In this document: piece after piece, positions 1 through 13,468 of the stretch
Layout of the letters: each line of letters opens with the position of its first letter
Position numbering within the stretch: position 1 is the stretch's first letter
Assembly (NCBI RefSeq): GCF_018977255.1
Contig: NW_024704743.1
Span: 73,596,001 to 73,660,000 of the forward strand
Direction of reading: 5' to 3'
Length of the DNA: 64,000 nucleotides
Source of the DNA: Callorhinchus milii
Lineage: Eukaryota
Program-made: the position numbers and the translations under genes
Notes under the pieces: model-generated
Seen by the model: the letters and a program-made list of their open reading frames with translations, nothing else
The model's database searches: none
What the model was told of the DNA's origin: nothing

Positions 1-577
1 CACAAAAATAGCGCAGCCTGGCAAAAGCCAAGTCTTGCTGACCCTAGAGTATGGATTGGCGTTAGTTCTAGAGTTTAATTAGCTAGAGCAGTGCAGCTTG
101 GCATTGGGAATGCTGCCTGGCAAGCTTCTCGTCGCTTGAGTAAACGTGAGCAGAGGGGGAAGAATCGCTGCCCAGTGCCTAGTCTGCCCAAGCCATAGAT
201 GTGGGTAATAATATAATTACACCAATTGTCCTACGTAGCACTTGTCCCCGTTTTGTGTTTTGCTTTGATTTTCTCCTTCCCTGTTGGCAATCAGTTGAGA
301 AACAAGTAAACAAATGCCTCAAGGAGAAATATTGTGAGCACAGAGCAGGGATTGAAAGAGCTTGAACAAATACAGAGTTGATTTTGAAGGCAGGGAAAGA
401 GATAGCAAGTCAATGTCATAGGCTGGAATGTACACTTCAGTGGCTCGGCTAACTGGATAAATTCCCCCAGCCTTCAGCTTGTTGTTATTGATGTCATCTG
501 AGCCACTGGTCAGATGTTCTCAGCCTTTGCTTGATAACTGATGTTCACAGCGGCATTCTTTACTGTAAGTCTTTTGG

Positions 578-835
578 CTGAGACATTGTACTGAGGTCCT
601 GCCTGTTCGTCACATAGATGATAAAAATCCCATGACACTATTTTAAGAAAAGAGAGTTTCTCTCAGTGCTCTGGATAAAAATCTTCCAGATAAATTGGTC
701 ATTCACCTTATAGCTGTTTGTAAGACCTTACTGTGTGCTTATCCACAAAATCAGTCACTACACTTGACAGTAATTACCTGTGAAGCACTTTGAAAAGTTT
801 GACATGATAAAACACTATAATCAGTCATTTTCTTT
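578..835 (+). mobile_element. Old Deu-domain SINE, 3' half (diverged)
   Basis: cccatgacactattt...aaattggtcattcacc..gctgtttg body and gtgaagcactttga tail; matches other old copies in the window. Confidence 0.65.
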
Positions 836-1524
836 CTTGCCTCTCCTTGCACAGTACAGTAGAGGTTTGAGGGATGTCACTTGCACTGGGCAACTTAGTG
901 TGTCACCACTTCAGGAAGCACTGAACACAGTACAGACAGATTTCAAATCGTAATGATTGACTAATATTTTCTGCACGGTTTGATTACCAAGAAATTAAAA
1001 AATCAAATCCATATGTTAAAAACGTTACACTGAAATACCATCACGATTAGCCCATTTGTCTGGTGAAGTGAGATTCAAAAGACAAATCTGTGCTGATAAC
1101 GTGCTTTAAGAATGTGAATTCGACAGGCGAGTGGTCAAAGATTAAACAAGGTTAAAGTATTTTGTGTGAATTGTTCGATTTAGATGTACAACACACAATA
1201 AATTATTTAACCACGTTGTTAGCTTTTATTTAGAAATTTTGCTTTCTTTTTTTTGTACTTTGGTGACTTATTTTGACTTATCTAAATCACATATTTTGAT
1301 AAATATGAAAAATTCAGCAGCAAGACAGAAGTTGTAAATTAGTCCTTCCTATCACTTTTGCATCACAATTTAGCTGTCATTTAGTAGCAGTGGGTACGAC
1401 ACTCAAATCAATTAATAAATGACTACATGTGAGCTGATTATCAGCCTTAGGTAGATAAAATGAGAATGCAAACAGAAAACAGTGTCTGTTGGGGGAACAT
1501 TTTTAAAAACAACTGGCAGGAGAT

Positions 1525-1920
1525 CACAACAATAAAAACAATGTGCATTTATATAGCACCCCTCATGCAGGATAGCGTCCCAGAGTGCTTGACAGTGGCG
1601 GAACACGAACCCAAACGGGGAAAGGTAACCCTAAGTTAGATTGAAGGGGAAGGTCTTCAGGTACGACCTGAAGATGGGGAAGGAGGGGGCAAGGTAGAAG
1701 GACAGAGGAAGTATGTTCCAGTGTTTCCAGGCATTGTGGCTGAAAACACGGCCACCGATGGTGGGACTAAGGGCACAGGGGATGAGCAGGAGGCTGGGGC
1801 CAGTTGAGCGGAGGCAATAGATAGTGGATTGGGGAGAAAGCAGGTCGGAGAGGTAAGCAGATGCCAGGGCATGAAGGGATAAGAAGACAAGTGAAGGTGG
1901 TAAAATAGGAAGCTGGAAAC
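1525..1920 (-). mobile_element. L2-clade LINE 3' fragment
   Basis: Reverse-strand L2 tail (tgcatttatatagcacc...cccagagtgc) followed by purine-rich antisense ORF2 end. Confidence 0.75.
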
Positions 1921-4239
1921 TAACAATCTCTCTTTTAGAGGTTTCTGTTCAATTCATCAAGGTTACAAGACATCTTTGAAAGTCTGAAAAGAGTTTTGGC
2001 AAGGATCAGAGAAAAGGTGAAAACATCTAAAAATTTCAATGAAAATTGGAGAATTGCAATAAACCCCAAATAACAAAAATCCAACTATTTCAATTAATTC
2101 ATAATACAGAATTATTCAATCAGAGCAACAAGAAAACAGCAGAAGTTTGCTGCCACTCCCAATGGAACAGAACAATTTTACTACAACTGGTAGTTTTCAT
2201 TCGCTGGCTTTGTCCTCTTTATATTCTGAATTAAGATACAAGTGTTTCAGATTACATTTGTAAACCACATACAGTGAATGAAAGGGAAATAATTCTCAAG
2301 AGAAATTCCTTTACAAACCTGTGCTGTTAGCTGAACATCTGTAGAGCAGTTGTGAAGGGAATGCCTGTCACAGTGTACATATCCGTGTTACTCTTGCCTG
2401 GAGGCCTCAGAAGTTATACAAGTAATGTTTAGTCTCTGATTATCTACTTGTTTTCCGTTAAACCAAATGCCTGTGCCCATGAATCTGCATATTCAATAAC
2501 ATACTAACCTGGGGTCGCATAGGCAGTGATTTCTAATAGCATATGGACATTGAAGATCTAATGAAAATAAGGGAAGTTACTCCCAGTAAGCAGATATATA
2601 TCAAACATAGAACTCTGGCCCACACAGCATGATGCTCTTCCAGTTACATGAAGAAATTCAATTGGAATCATTATTAAGAAATTCCGTTAGAAATTGCTGT
2701 GTATTAGATCTTATAGTACCTTTTCAACTGGAAGCTCAATAGATGAAAGAACCACTACTCAAGTCTAAAATACAGGGAAGCCTCATTGAAATGTGCCCCT
2801 GATGAGTGCAGGATTGATTAGATCGGGTCTACTGCGGAGCTCACTTATGGCGCACCCAATTTCCAACAGTGACTAACAGAATGCAAGGATGAGGATCCTG
2901 AATTTGATATATAGGAATATAGAGTCGGAAAAATGCACATTGATCATTTGATAGTATTAACTTGTGTGTTGATATAATATGTCCTGTTAATTTAGAGTAA
3001 GGTTCAAACCTTCTGAAAGGATAGATGTAGCACTTTCTATGGGACAAGAACATAGAAATGAAAGTACAGTAGCTGCAAAGATCATTGTGACACACCTGTT
3101 TCAAAGTAAAACATCAACGAATTGCATTCATATAGGATCTTTCACATTGGGAGAACATCCCAAAGTGCTGGACAGTCAAGGGTTTGCACCCGAACTGGGG
3201 AAGTTGAATCCAGAAGGGTGGAAGGCAAGACCGGGTGAGAAGATGACCGAATGCACATTATTATTTATTTTTAAATATTATTTTAATATTATTTATTGTT
3301 TAAAAATAAATAATTGGAGACTATGCTCTCGCTTCTCATGCCATTCAAATGGTTTCTTAATCCTTCTTGGATTTACTGACAATCTAGTTTCACCACCTCC
3401 ATGGATCATCTAGTCCACAAAAAATGGTTGTTTTTTTTAGCTGATTTCATCAAAATAAATCTTGCACTGTGGGATTAAGGGAATTAGATAGATCAGGTCA
3501 AATTCAGCCAGACTGACTGACAGGTCAGACAAGACAAGTTGAAGGTCTCCTCTTTCTGCTGGCTTCAAGGATTCCAAAATGAATTTGAGCAAACGTAAGT
3601 CATTTCCCAATGTGTGGGCTCCTCCCAAGATGTGGTACTGTCATGGTGCTCATACTCAGACAGCCTATAACCCTCCCTGTGGTCCGAAAAATCTCTGTCT
3701 CTCATACCAATCAGTCAATTTCCACAACTGAGGAGAGATATTGTTCTGAAATTAGATTTAGAAGAAGGCCTTTCAATATTTCATGTCTGCCCTGGTTCTT
3801 TGAAAGAGCAATTCATTCAGTCCCATTTTTCCAATCCCCTTTCAAATTACTTCATTTTAGATATCTATCTAGCTACCTCTTGAAAGCTAATATGGATTCT
3901 GTATTGCAGTAGTAGATAGCTTTGAGAGACAGGGCTTTAGGTAAATATGCTTTTACTGAAAAAAACTTTGAGACTGGCCACAAATTGGTTTACTAATCCT
4001 CAATATTCCTACATAAGGTTCTTTGTTGGGTCAAATTAGAGGCAGCTTCATTCTTCTCAAAGTTGAACAAAGTTGAACCATCCATGCTTCTCAAGATCTC
4101 CCTCAGTCATTGAGTGACTACCCTCCACTGAAGCTTCGTTGTCGCTTAGTATTGTGACACTGGATGTCAAAAGTACAAAAGCATTCTTGTCCACAATGCT
4201 TAAATACACTCGACTAATGACATTCTTTACATTCATTTA

Positions 4240-4680
4240 ATAATAAAAAAATTCTTTTGTTTGACATAGTGTCATGTCAAGAGGATGTCTCAAAGTGCTT
4301 CACATGATTTACAGTAAAGTGTCATGACTGTGTATTTTGCAGGCAAACGGAACCATCCAATTTGCATACAACAATGTCCCCAAAACAGCCATGAAGTGAA
4401 TGACAAATTTTATCTGGAAGCTTGTTGGTCAGAACAAGTGGGGAGAAATTCCTTTCTCTTTTCGAATATTGCCATGGGATCTTTAACGTAAACTTGAACC
4501 GGAAGATGAAGCCTCAGTTTAATGTTTCATCCGAAGGATGGCACATCTAAAATGCAGTGCCCAACCACTGTACTGAAGTGTCAGCCTAGACTTTGAGCTC
4601 AAAGTCCTGAAGTACGGCTTGAACTCACAACCTTCTGACTCAGAGGCAAGAGTTGTATCAACTAAGCCAGACGAACTCAA
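4240..4680 (-). mobile_element. Old tRNA-headed Deu-domain SINE, near full length
   Basis: Antisense tRNA-like head (ttgaactcacaaccttctgactcagaggcaagag...actaagcc), body (gccatgggatcttta) and tail (tctcaaagtgcttcaca). Confidence 0.8.
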
Positions 4681-4856
4681 TTTGCCTATAACAACATCAT
4701 AACAACCATCCATGCTTCTCAAAATCTCCCTCAGTCATTGAATGACTATTCTCCACTGAAGCTTCCCTACATCATTGCCGCTAGCATTATTCAGTTTAAT
4801 CCCCTCATTCTCTCTGAGGACGTTTGACTCCCCTTTCTTTCTGCAGAGGTGCAGTT

Positions 4857-5105
4857 AATAATAAAATAATAAAATCCTTGCATTTGATAAATGCCTTTTC
4901 ATATTGTTGAAGTGTCTCAAAGCACTTCACAGAATATATTAAAGTAGATTCACTGTATTTTGTGGGTGAAATGCGGCAGCCAATTGTGCACAGTAGTGTC
5001 CCACCAACAGTCTTGGATTGAGTGACCAAATTGCTTTTTTGGGGGGAGTAATTATTATCCTGGGAAAGCGATCCGCCAATTGACTAACAACCAGGTTCCT
5101 ACTCC
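4857..5105 (-). mobile_element. Young tRNA-Ala-type SINE, 5'-truncated (long subtype)
   Basis: Antisense match to the 47151 copy from the tail to ccaggttcctact. Confidence 0.85.
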
Positions 5106-6477
5106 AGTTCCATGGACAGAGTACCAATTGTAGCACAGACCAGGGGTCAGATCAGAAGTGACTTTGTGGTTCAACCTCACATTGAATAAACAAGATGAGC
5201 TATCAGGGGAGCTGAAGTCAAGAATACTTTTATTTAATTACAAAATCCTGTTCAAATCTATCTAAACTTACTTACCACTCCAAAATGTAATTAGTTTTTA
5301 AAGCAGGAAATTGTAGTTGAGTACTTTAGTCTTATTGCTTCTGAACTGGATATTACAAATTATATTTGTATGGGGAAAGCATGTGTGAGGTTGAATCATT
5401 AAATCTACATAAATATATTACTGTATGTGTAATTCATAAAGAGGGGAGGTGAAAATTGTTTAAACATGCAGCATTAAGTTCATCTCTTTTTTTTAAATAA
5501 AGCAAATTTCTATCATCCATCTTCACAAATTCACTTATATCTTGAGTGGAGATGTGAGGCTGTGTGCTGAAGGCGCAGTGGAGCAAATTTACCAAGCTGC
5601 CAATTCAGCTCCACCTGGGAACTGACCATCAGCGGCACAGTTCCCAGGCAACACTTGAGTGGTTGTTTTACACAGTTGCTCCCAGAGTAGAAATCATGCA
5701 AGGATTTTGGCTCTTGACTAAAGTCCTCCATATGTTGTACATTTTAAGTTAAAATTCTTAAAATCCTTCAAGATTCCCCTTCACTCTCTCAAAACACATC
5801 TTAAAATCTGTTTTCATATGCACCTTTGTTTAAAGCTCAAGTTCCCAGTCAGATGTGTGAAGTGCTTTGAGATCTCTTGATGTGAAACTAAATATAAATT
5901 GTCAGTTCTAAAATACTATTGTTTCAAAAGGTAATTAGACTGACACAATAGTTCTCTTCAGACAGTGGCCACTGTGTCAGTCTAACTCTGAACATTGTCA
6001 AAGAGTTTCCTTATCCTTCTCAATTCAAGAGATACTTTGCAATTATCATGGGAGGTACAATTATTTGCTTATTACAGTTTGGGCAAGTAATGTTCAGAAT
6101 CCAAATCAGCCTTCTTCACCCTTTCTTTAAACTTCTAATTGCCTGTTAATTTTAACACTGGAGAACAGGAATTTGAATAATCTGTTAAAATATATGCAAA
6201 TTGTGCTAACATAATAGGCAGGTCCCAATTATTGCATTTATCCTGCTTAATCTGTTGAGCTGTTGAAATGTTACGATGGCATAATTCTAAAATTGGCAAA
6301 GAACTTTCATATAAATTAAAAGTCACTTTTTAATATCCACAAATATTCCTGCATTGCATTATTCCAACAAGGAGCCAAACACAAAACACAGTACAATGGA
6401 GCCTGGTAATAGCGCAGTATTTTGGATCTATAAAATCCTTGTTAAAATGCTTTAGTGCATTTTCAAAAGGCAAAAAA

Positions 6478-6575
6478 GACAACAACAAGATGCCATTTAT
6501 AGAGCGCCTTTCACGTCGGGAGGACGTCCCAAGGCGCTGTACAGTTGGGTCAGGACCCGAGCAGGGGGCGAAGAC
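6478..6575 (-). mobile_element. Short L2 3' tail
   Basis: (aac)n then gccatttatagagcgcctttcacgtcgggaggacgtcccaaggcgct. Confidence 0.75.
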
Positions 6576-7189
6576 CAATACAATCATTTATATTCTCTTC
6601 AGACAGTGGCCACTATGTCAGCAGAACAAGAGGAAACGGGTTTAGGGTACCAAAGAGCAATTTTAGGGCAGACACCAGGACGATTTTTTTATGCAAAGGG
6701 TAATTAATGACTGGAACAGGTTGTATCTAGAATTTAGCAAATGGTTGAATTCAATTGCTTCCAAACAAAAATGCAGGAAGTGATGTCGGTGACAACCTGA
6801 TGACCTGGCTTCCTGTGCGCTGGACTAGGTTTCTGTGTACACGCACAGTGAATGCTGAAACACTGACCGACCATCACGTCCTGTTGTACCTCTGGTTGGG
6901 ATTTTAAGGACCCTTTCAGATTTTATTACACCCTCTCGTACAAGCTCTGTTATGACTGCAGTGTTCAATAACCAATCGATATATCTTTAAATAAAACAAG
7001 TATTTTTTGTACAAACACAGCTGAAAAATAAAATCAGGTTTTAACCATTTGTCCTTTCCTACTAAATAGATTCATTGGCCGCAATGTCATAGTTTTGTGA
7101 AGAAACTTGACAAAATTAGTGGGGACAAAGAATCTAATAAGAAGTTTTCAAAATTACAGCTTTGATAGAAGCGTAAATAGAGAAAGACT

Positions 7190-7500
7190 TAATAATAATC
7201 CTTGCATTTCATATAAGCACTTTATGATGTTGTCAAGATGTCTCAAAGTTCTTCACAGCATTTTACTGTGAACACAAACAGTCATGAAGCGAATGACCAA
7301 ATATATTTGGGGCATTGCTGGAGAGGACACCACAAGAAACTCTTTTTTTGAATAGTGCCATGGGATCTTTAAACATCCAGCAGGATAGGCAAATGGAGCC
7401 TTGGTTTAATATCTCATCTGAAAGATGGCAACTCCAACATTGCAGCAGCCCCCCCCCCCCCACAGCAGGTCAATGAAGTGTCATCTTAGAATATGTGAGT
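7190..7500 (-). mobile_element. Old Deu-domain SINE fragment
   Basis: aataataatccttgcattt tail; gaatagtgccatgggatctttaa body. Confidence 0.75.
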
Positions 7501-8985
7501 TCAAAGTTCCAACCAGAGGAGATAAATTAAGTATTTATCAGCAACCGAAAACATGGGGTGGTTAGAATTTTGTTCAGAGACCAAGGAACAAATAATAGAA
7601 AAATATGAGGAGGCCATTCAGCCTAACATACTTGTTTCACTAGTTGGTTAGATAATGGCGCGTGTTAGAAATATGTAATTCTTTACTACAACTTACTGTT
7701 GAAGCTGAGTTAATAACAGCATTTAAAGGGAAATTAATAAATGCTTGAGGAAAAATAATACTAAAGGGTAATGGGATGAAAGTTGATAGCTTTAGTGAGC
7801 ACGAGCACAGACAAAGTGGACCAATTGGCCTGTGCTGTAAACATTCCAATTCACTGAAGAAATTAAATAAGGGAGCTTTGCTTCAAATTCTTCACACTCC
7901 AACATCCATCCTACAAAACTGTCAAAACATCCTGACGCAACTCTTCAAGTCTTGATAACCTCTCTGATAAGGGAGGTCCTGACCACAAAATACTGCAAGA
8001 ACTACCGTGCACAACTCACACTTAAAACTTCTTTATCGGTTTTGTAGATATTCAGCAGCATGGGTACTAACATTTACTGAGTGACAGCTCATTTGGGGCC
8101 TTTGGATGAACATGAAAGAAGCTCTGCTCCCCTACCTGTCAATAACCAGTTAGTCTATAAATGCACAGTCACTACACTTGACAGCAATTCCCTGTGAAGC
8201 TGTTTAACATCTTTCACTGTTCTGGTGGTTATGTCAAATGCAACGATTATTTATTTATAGGATTTGATGCCAATTATTGAATGCATTGTGCAATGCTTTG
8301 AAATGCAACTGCAATGGACTGAGGTGCAGAAAATTAATAATACTGAACATCATTGCGTTTAATATAGCGCTTTATCATGTTGACAAAATATCTCAAAGCA
8401 CTTCACAAGATTTACTCTATAGTGATTGTGCATTTGTACACGAATGTGGCAAGCAATTTGTGCACAGCAATGTGCCTCAAATATACATGACCAGTTTTAC
8501 AGGGAGGATTGTTGGCTTGATATTTCAATGGTACCCAATAATGGACTGGAGTGTGAGGCTAGACTATCGGCTCAAGCCACAATGTGGGGCTTGAAGCCAC
8601 TGCCTTCCATTCCCAAATGAGATTGTTACCAACTGAATTGAACTAATATTACAGCCTTTACATTATTAAAATAATATTCCGTGTGCCGTTAGTGCATGGA
8701 TTAATGTTTCTAAATCTAAAAAAGAACTCTGTACACTTATATCTCCTTTGTAGATGTGCCAAATGCTGAAGGCCCACAGCTTCCGACAGCATTAAGCTGC
8801 AGCAACACACAGCTTTGCGATGGTGCAGGTGTGAATTCATGGGAAGTAGGTTCATCAAATTCACACCCAGCAGCTGCTGAAGGATACTGTTTCCACAGGA
8901 TTAGCAACTCATAAAGTGCTCATGTTGCAGTATTACTGCCAATGGCAGCCATCGCGACAGTAAACAAAACAATGCCTCATCTTGT

Positions 8986-9308
8986 GGAGTCCTGTAGCTC
9001 AGTGGTTAGAGCACACGCTTTGCAAGCGAGAGACCTGAGTTCAATTCCAGGCAGAGGGTGAAACCTTGGGCAAGTTTCCTTACTCCACACAGAGCCTAAT
9101 AATAATCCCTCCAAAACCAAAAACAATAATAAATTGGTCATTTTCAATCTACAAATGTTTGTGGGACATTGCTGTGCGCAATTTGCTGCCGCGTTCACCC
9201 ACAAATATACAGTCAATTCACTTTACAGTGTGTTCTGTGAAGCGCTTTGGGACGTCCTCCCGACGTGAAAAGCGCTATGTCAAATGCAAGGATTATTATT
9301 ATTATTAT
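8986..9308 (+). mobile_element. Young full-length tRNA-Ala(TGC)-derived SINE (short subtype)
   Basis: Head ggagtcctgtagctcagtggttagagc with A/B boxes and a ttgcaa anticodon loop; Deu-like core tgtttgtgggacattgctgtgcgcaa; L2-type tail ending (att)n; atctt(g)tggag at both flanks. Confidence 0.92.
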
Positions 9309-10341
9309 CTTTGGAGGTGAGTTTCCCAACAACAACAAATTACATTTGTATAGTGCCCTTTACGTCGGGAGGACATCCCAGGGCAACAACACCTTGTGGG
9401 CATCAATGAGGATATCTCAGTATTCAGGCTTTCTTTTTAGTCTACTATTTCCATTTGAAACCAATTGTGACCACCATCCCAAACTCATGAATGAGGGCAC
9501 TAATGTAGACCAGTATATTGATTTTCCACTGTAAGTGGCTGCCTCCTTAGATACAGGATTTATGGTGCAGTATTCTGATGGCTGGCCTGTGCAGACATTC
9601 ACCATGCGTCAGTGAAGGTTTAACCACCGGATAATAAAGTCGCAGTGGTCAGTCTATTTCTCCCAATATTACTCAACTGCTTTCTCCTGAGAGATAATGA
9701 AGTTGGTTCGCTCTTTTATCTCGCGGGACAGTTGAATAAATAAATAAATAATCCTTTTGGTATAGTGCCAAATAGCAAGGAATAGACTCTTTTCGAACGC
9801 TTTTTGAATTGAGCCATGAGATCTGAATAGGTTCTGATCATTTGGTCATCCACTTCATGGTTGCTTATGGGACATTGCTGTGCACAAATTGACTGCTGCA
9901 TTTGCCGATCAAACATACTAAATTTAACAGTAAACCTTTTGAAGTGTTTTGAGACATCTTCTCAATGTGAAAGGTGCTATATCAAATGCAAGGATTATTG
10001 TTGCTGTTATTGGAATTTTGTTTAGTAGATTGGGATTAAGACCAAACAAATCGACATCAAATTAAGACCAAATTTGAGATCCTTTTCCAAAAACTACTTA
10101 GAACACATCCACATTAAAGTCTTGAAATCATTCACAAGTACCTGTTATTCTCCATTTCTATCATTCTGTGAAATGTTACATTTTACATGGCTATAATTGA
10201 AAGCACAGATTGCTCCTATTCACAAGTAGAACTTGTTTTGTTTTTTATAATAAAAATATTTTATTCTAATAACATTAATCAGCAACATTCAGTAGTTACA
10301 CCCAGGATTCAAATCGGAAACATCTCAGTCAGGGCGTACTA

Positions 10342-10620
10342 CATTAGAATACATTAGAATATACAGCAGAGAAACAGGCCATTCAGCCTAACTGGTCTAT
10401 GCCGGTGTTTATGCTCCACATGAGCCTCCTCCTGCCCTTCCTCAACTAAGCCTTCAAGCATAATCTTCTATTTCTTTCTCGCTCATGTACCTATCTAGCT
10501 TCCCCTTAAATACATCTGTGCTATTTGCCTAAACAACTCTTTGTGGTAGCAAGTTCCACATTCCCACTACTCTCTGTGTGAAGAAATTTCTTCTAACTTC
10601 CCAATTTCTTCTAACTTCCC
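10342..10620 (-). mobile_element. CR1 LINE 3' end (left part of an interrupted copy)
   Basis: Antisense CR1 tail (acattagaat)2..acagcagagaaacaggccattcagcc. Confidence 0.85.
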
Positions 10621-13253
10621 TCGGTTATAGCCATGGAAAGGGTCAAGGTGCTGGAGGGTCCCAAAACAGAATCTATCTGGTTAGAGTTAAGGAACAAAAA
10701 AGGAGCTGTTACGCTGGTAGGGGTATACTACAGACCATCAAATAGTGAGAAGGAAATAGGTGAGCAGATCTGTAAGCAGATCTCAGACAGATGCAAGGCC
10801 AATAATGGGGGACTTTAATTATCCCAACATAGAATAGCAAAACAACAGCGCAAAGGGCAAGGAGGGGGAAAGATTCCTAAAATGCGTACAGGACAACTTT
10901 CTCGATCAGTATGTTTCCAGCCCAACGAGGAAGGAAGCAGTGCTGGATCTAGTTCTGGGGAATGAAGTAGGGCAAGTGGAGCAGGTTTCAGTGGGAGAGC
11001 ATCTGGACAACAGTGATCACAACATCATTAGATTCAGAGTGCATATGGAAAGGGACAAGGAACAATCAAAGGTGAAGATACTCAACTGGAAGAGGGATAA
11101 TTTCAGTGAGTTAGAAAGGGACCTAGCCAAGGTGGACTGGAAAGAAAGATTGGCAGGTAAAACAACTAAAGAGCAGTGGGAAGTCTTCAAGGATGAGATA
11201 GCTCGGGGACAGAACAAATACATTCCCACAAAAGGGAAAAGTAGGGCATCCAAACCTCCCTGGATGACGAAGATAATTGTGTCTAGAATGAAGCAGAAAA
11301 AAGAGGCGTATGACAAATGTCAACCCCAAGATACAGAAGACAACCAAATAGAATATAGGAAGTACAGAAGAGAACTGAAAAAGGAAATAAGAGGGGCAAA
11401 AAGATTATACAAAAAAAGGTTAGTAGGTTACATTAAAGGGAATCCTAAAATATTTTGCAAACATATCAAGAAAGAAAGCTTAGTCAAAGGTAGGGTGGGG
11501 CCAATTAAGGACCAAGGTGGAAATCTTATTGTGGAGGCAGAGGGCATGGCTTATGCACTGAATGAGTACTTTGCATCTGTCTTCACAAAAGAAGTGGATG
11601 CACCAAATGCCGCAGTATCGGAGGCGAGGATAGAGGAAATGAATAGGTAAGTATAAACAGAGAGGAAGTACTGAAAAGGTTGACTGGACTCAAGATAGAT
11701 AAGTCGCCCGGTCCGGATGGGATGCAGCCAAGGTTACTATGGGAGGCACGGATACAAATAGCAGAGGCTTTGGCTACAATTTTTCAATCTTTGTTGGACA
11801 CAGGGGTGGTGCCAGAGGACTGGAGAGTGGCTAATGTTACTCCCCTGTACAAAAAGGGACAGAAGGATAAACCTGGGAACTACAGGCCAGTTAGCCTAAC
11901 GTCATTAGTGGGGAAACTCCTGGAGACTATAATCCGGGACAGAATAAATCTTCTCTAAGAAGAATATGGGTTAATTAGGGACAGACAACATGGATTTGTT
12001 AAAGGCAAATCTTATCTAATAAATCTAATAAGAATTTTTCGATGAGGTAACGGAGAGGGTGGATGAAGGTAGTGCAGTTGATGTAGTTTATATGGACTTT
12101 CAAAAGGCATTTGACAAAGTGCCACATAAAAAAAGGACTTGTAAGAAAAATAGAAGCCCATGGTATAAAAAGGACAGTGGCAGCATGGATCCAGAACTGG
12201 CTGGTAGACAAAAAGCAGCGAGTGGTGGTGAACAGTTGCTTTTCTGACTGGAGGGAAGTGTACAGTGGCGTCTCCCAGGGATCGGTAATGGGACCACTGC
12301 TCTTCTTAATATACATAAATCATTTGGACTTGGGTATAGCAAGCACCATTTCCAAGTTTGCAGAGGACACAAAGTTAGATAGGGTAGTAAGCAGTGAGAA
12401 GGATAGTAGCCAACTGCAATAAGACATAGACAGAGTGGTAAAGTGGGCAGACACATCGCAGATGAATTTCAATGTGGAGAAATGTGAGGTAATGCATTTT
12501 GGAAGAAAGAATGAGGGGAGGCAATATAGGCTGGTAATACAATCTTAAGTGGGGTGAAAGAACACAGAGACCTCGGGGTTCAGGTAAATGAATCCTTGAA
12601 GATGGCAAGACAGGTAGATAAAGCTGTAAAAAGGGCATATGGGATACTAGGTTTTATAAATAGGGGCATAGAGTACAAGAGTCAGGAGGTTATGATTAAC
12701 CTATATAAAACACTGGTTAGGCCTCAGTTAGAATATTGCGCCCAGTTCTGGGCATCACATTATAGCAAGGATGTTAAGGCATTGGAAAAGATGCAGAGGA
12801 CATTTACAAGAATGGTACCAGAAATGAGGGACCTTGATTATGAGGAAAGGTTAGAGAGGTTGGGATTATTCTCATTGGAGCAGAGGAGGTTACGAGGAGA
12901 CCTAATAGAGTTCTTCAAAATCATGAGGGGATTTGATAGGTTAGAAACGGAAAAAAGTGTGTCGGTGACTCGAGGTCACAGATTTAAAATAGTCTCTAAA
13001 AGAAGCAGAGGGGAGGTGAGAAGAAATGTTTTCGCTCAGCGAGTTGTTCGAATCTGGAACGCATTGCCTGAAAGGGTGGTGGAGGCTGATTCGATAACAA
13101 CTTTTAAAAACGCGGTGGATGGGTATTTGAGGAGGACGGGTTTGCAGGGTTATGGGGAAAGGGCTGGGGAGTGGGATTGACATTAATTGCTCTATTCAAA
13201 GGAATAGATGTGCCAAATGGCCTTTTTTGTGCTGTACGATTCTATGATTCTAT
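10621..13253 (+). mobile_element. CR1 LINE, 5'-truncated ORF2 (APE endonuclease C-terminus + RT), inactivated
   Basis: ORF pieces with ESIWLEL/GVYYRP, LDLVL..SDHNII, SPGPDG..WRVANVTPLYKKG..NYRPVSLTS, DFQKAFDKVPH, SGVSQGSVMGPLLF, FAEDTKL; stops and frameshifts; (gattctat)n tail. Confidence 0.96.
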
Positions 13254-13255
13254 CT

Positions 13256-13468
13256 ATTTGTGATTATTTTATATTGATGGCCCCTGGTTTTGCTCTCCAC
13301 CACAGGTGGAAACAACTACCCTATCAAAACCTTTCATCGTTTTAAAGACCTCCATTAGGTCACCCCTTACCCTCCTCTTTTCAAGAGAAAAGAGTCCAAG
13401 TATGTTCAGCCTTTCCTGATAGGTATAACCTCTCAGTTCTGGGATCATCCTTGTGAATCTCCTTTGCA
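13256..13468 (-). mobile_element. CR1 LINE fragment (right part of the interrupted copy)
   Basis: ORF QRRFTRMIPELRGYTYQERL..LFSLEKRR; collinear continuation of 10342-10620. Confidence 0.88.

Noticed and set aside
1..200. Enhancer at the window start (MEF2/NFI-like words)
   Set aside because: Motifs are non-canonical and cut by the window edge; insufficient support.
8754..8828. 75-nt plus-strand exon candidate
   Set aside because: Weak donor (gtgtga), unrecognised peptide and no partner exons.
8986..9060. tRNA-Ala gene
   Set aside because: No proper acceptor stem or terminator; it continues into a SINE body and recurs many times.
10633..13180. CR1 ORFs as an active or domesticated reverse transcriptase
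   Set aside because: 5'-truncated, several stops and frameshifts, catalytic motif altered to FAED.
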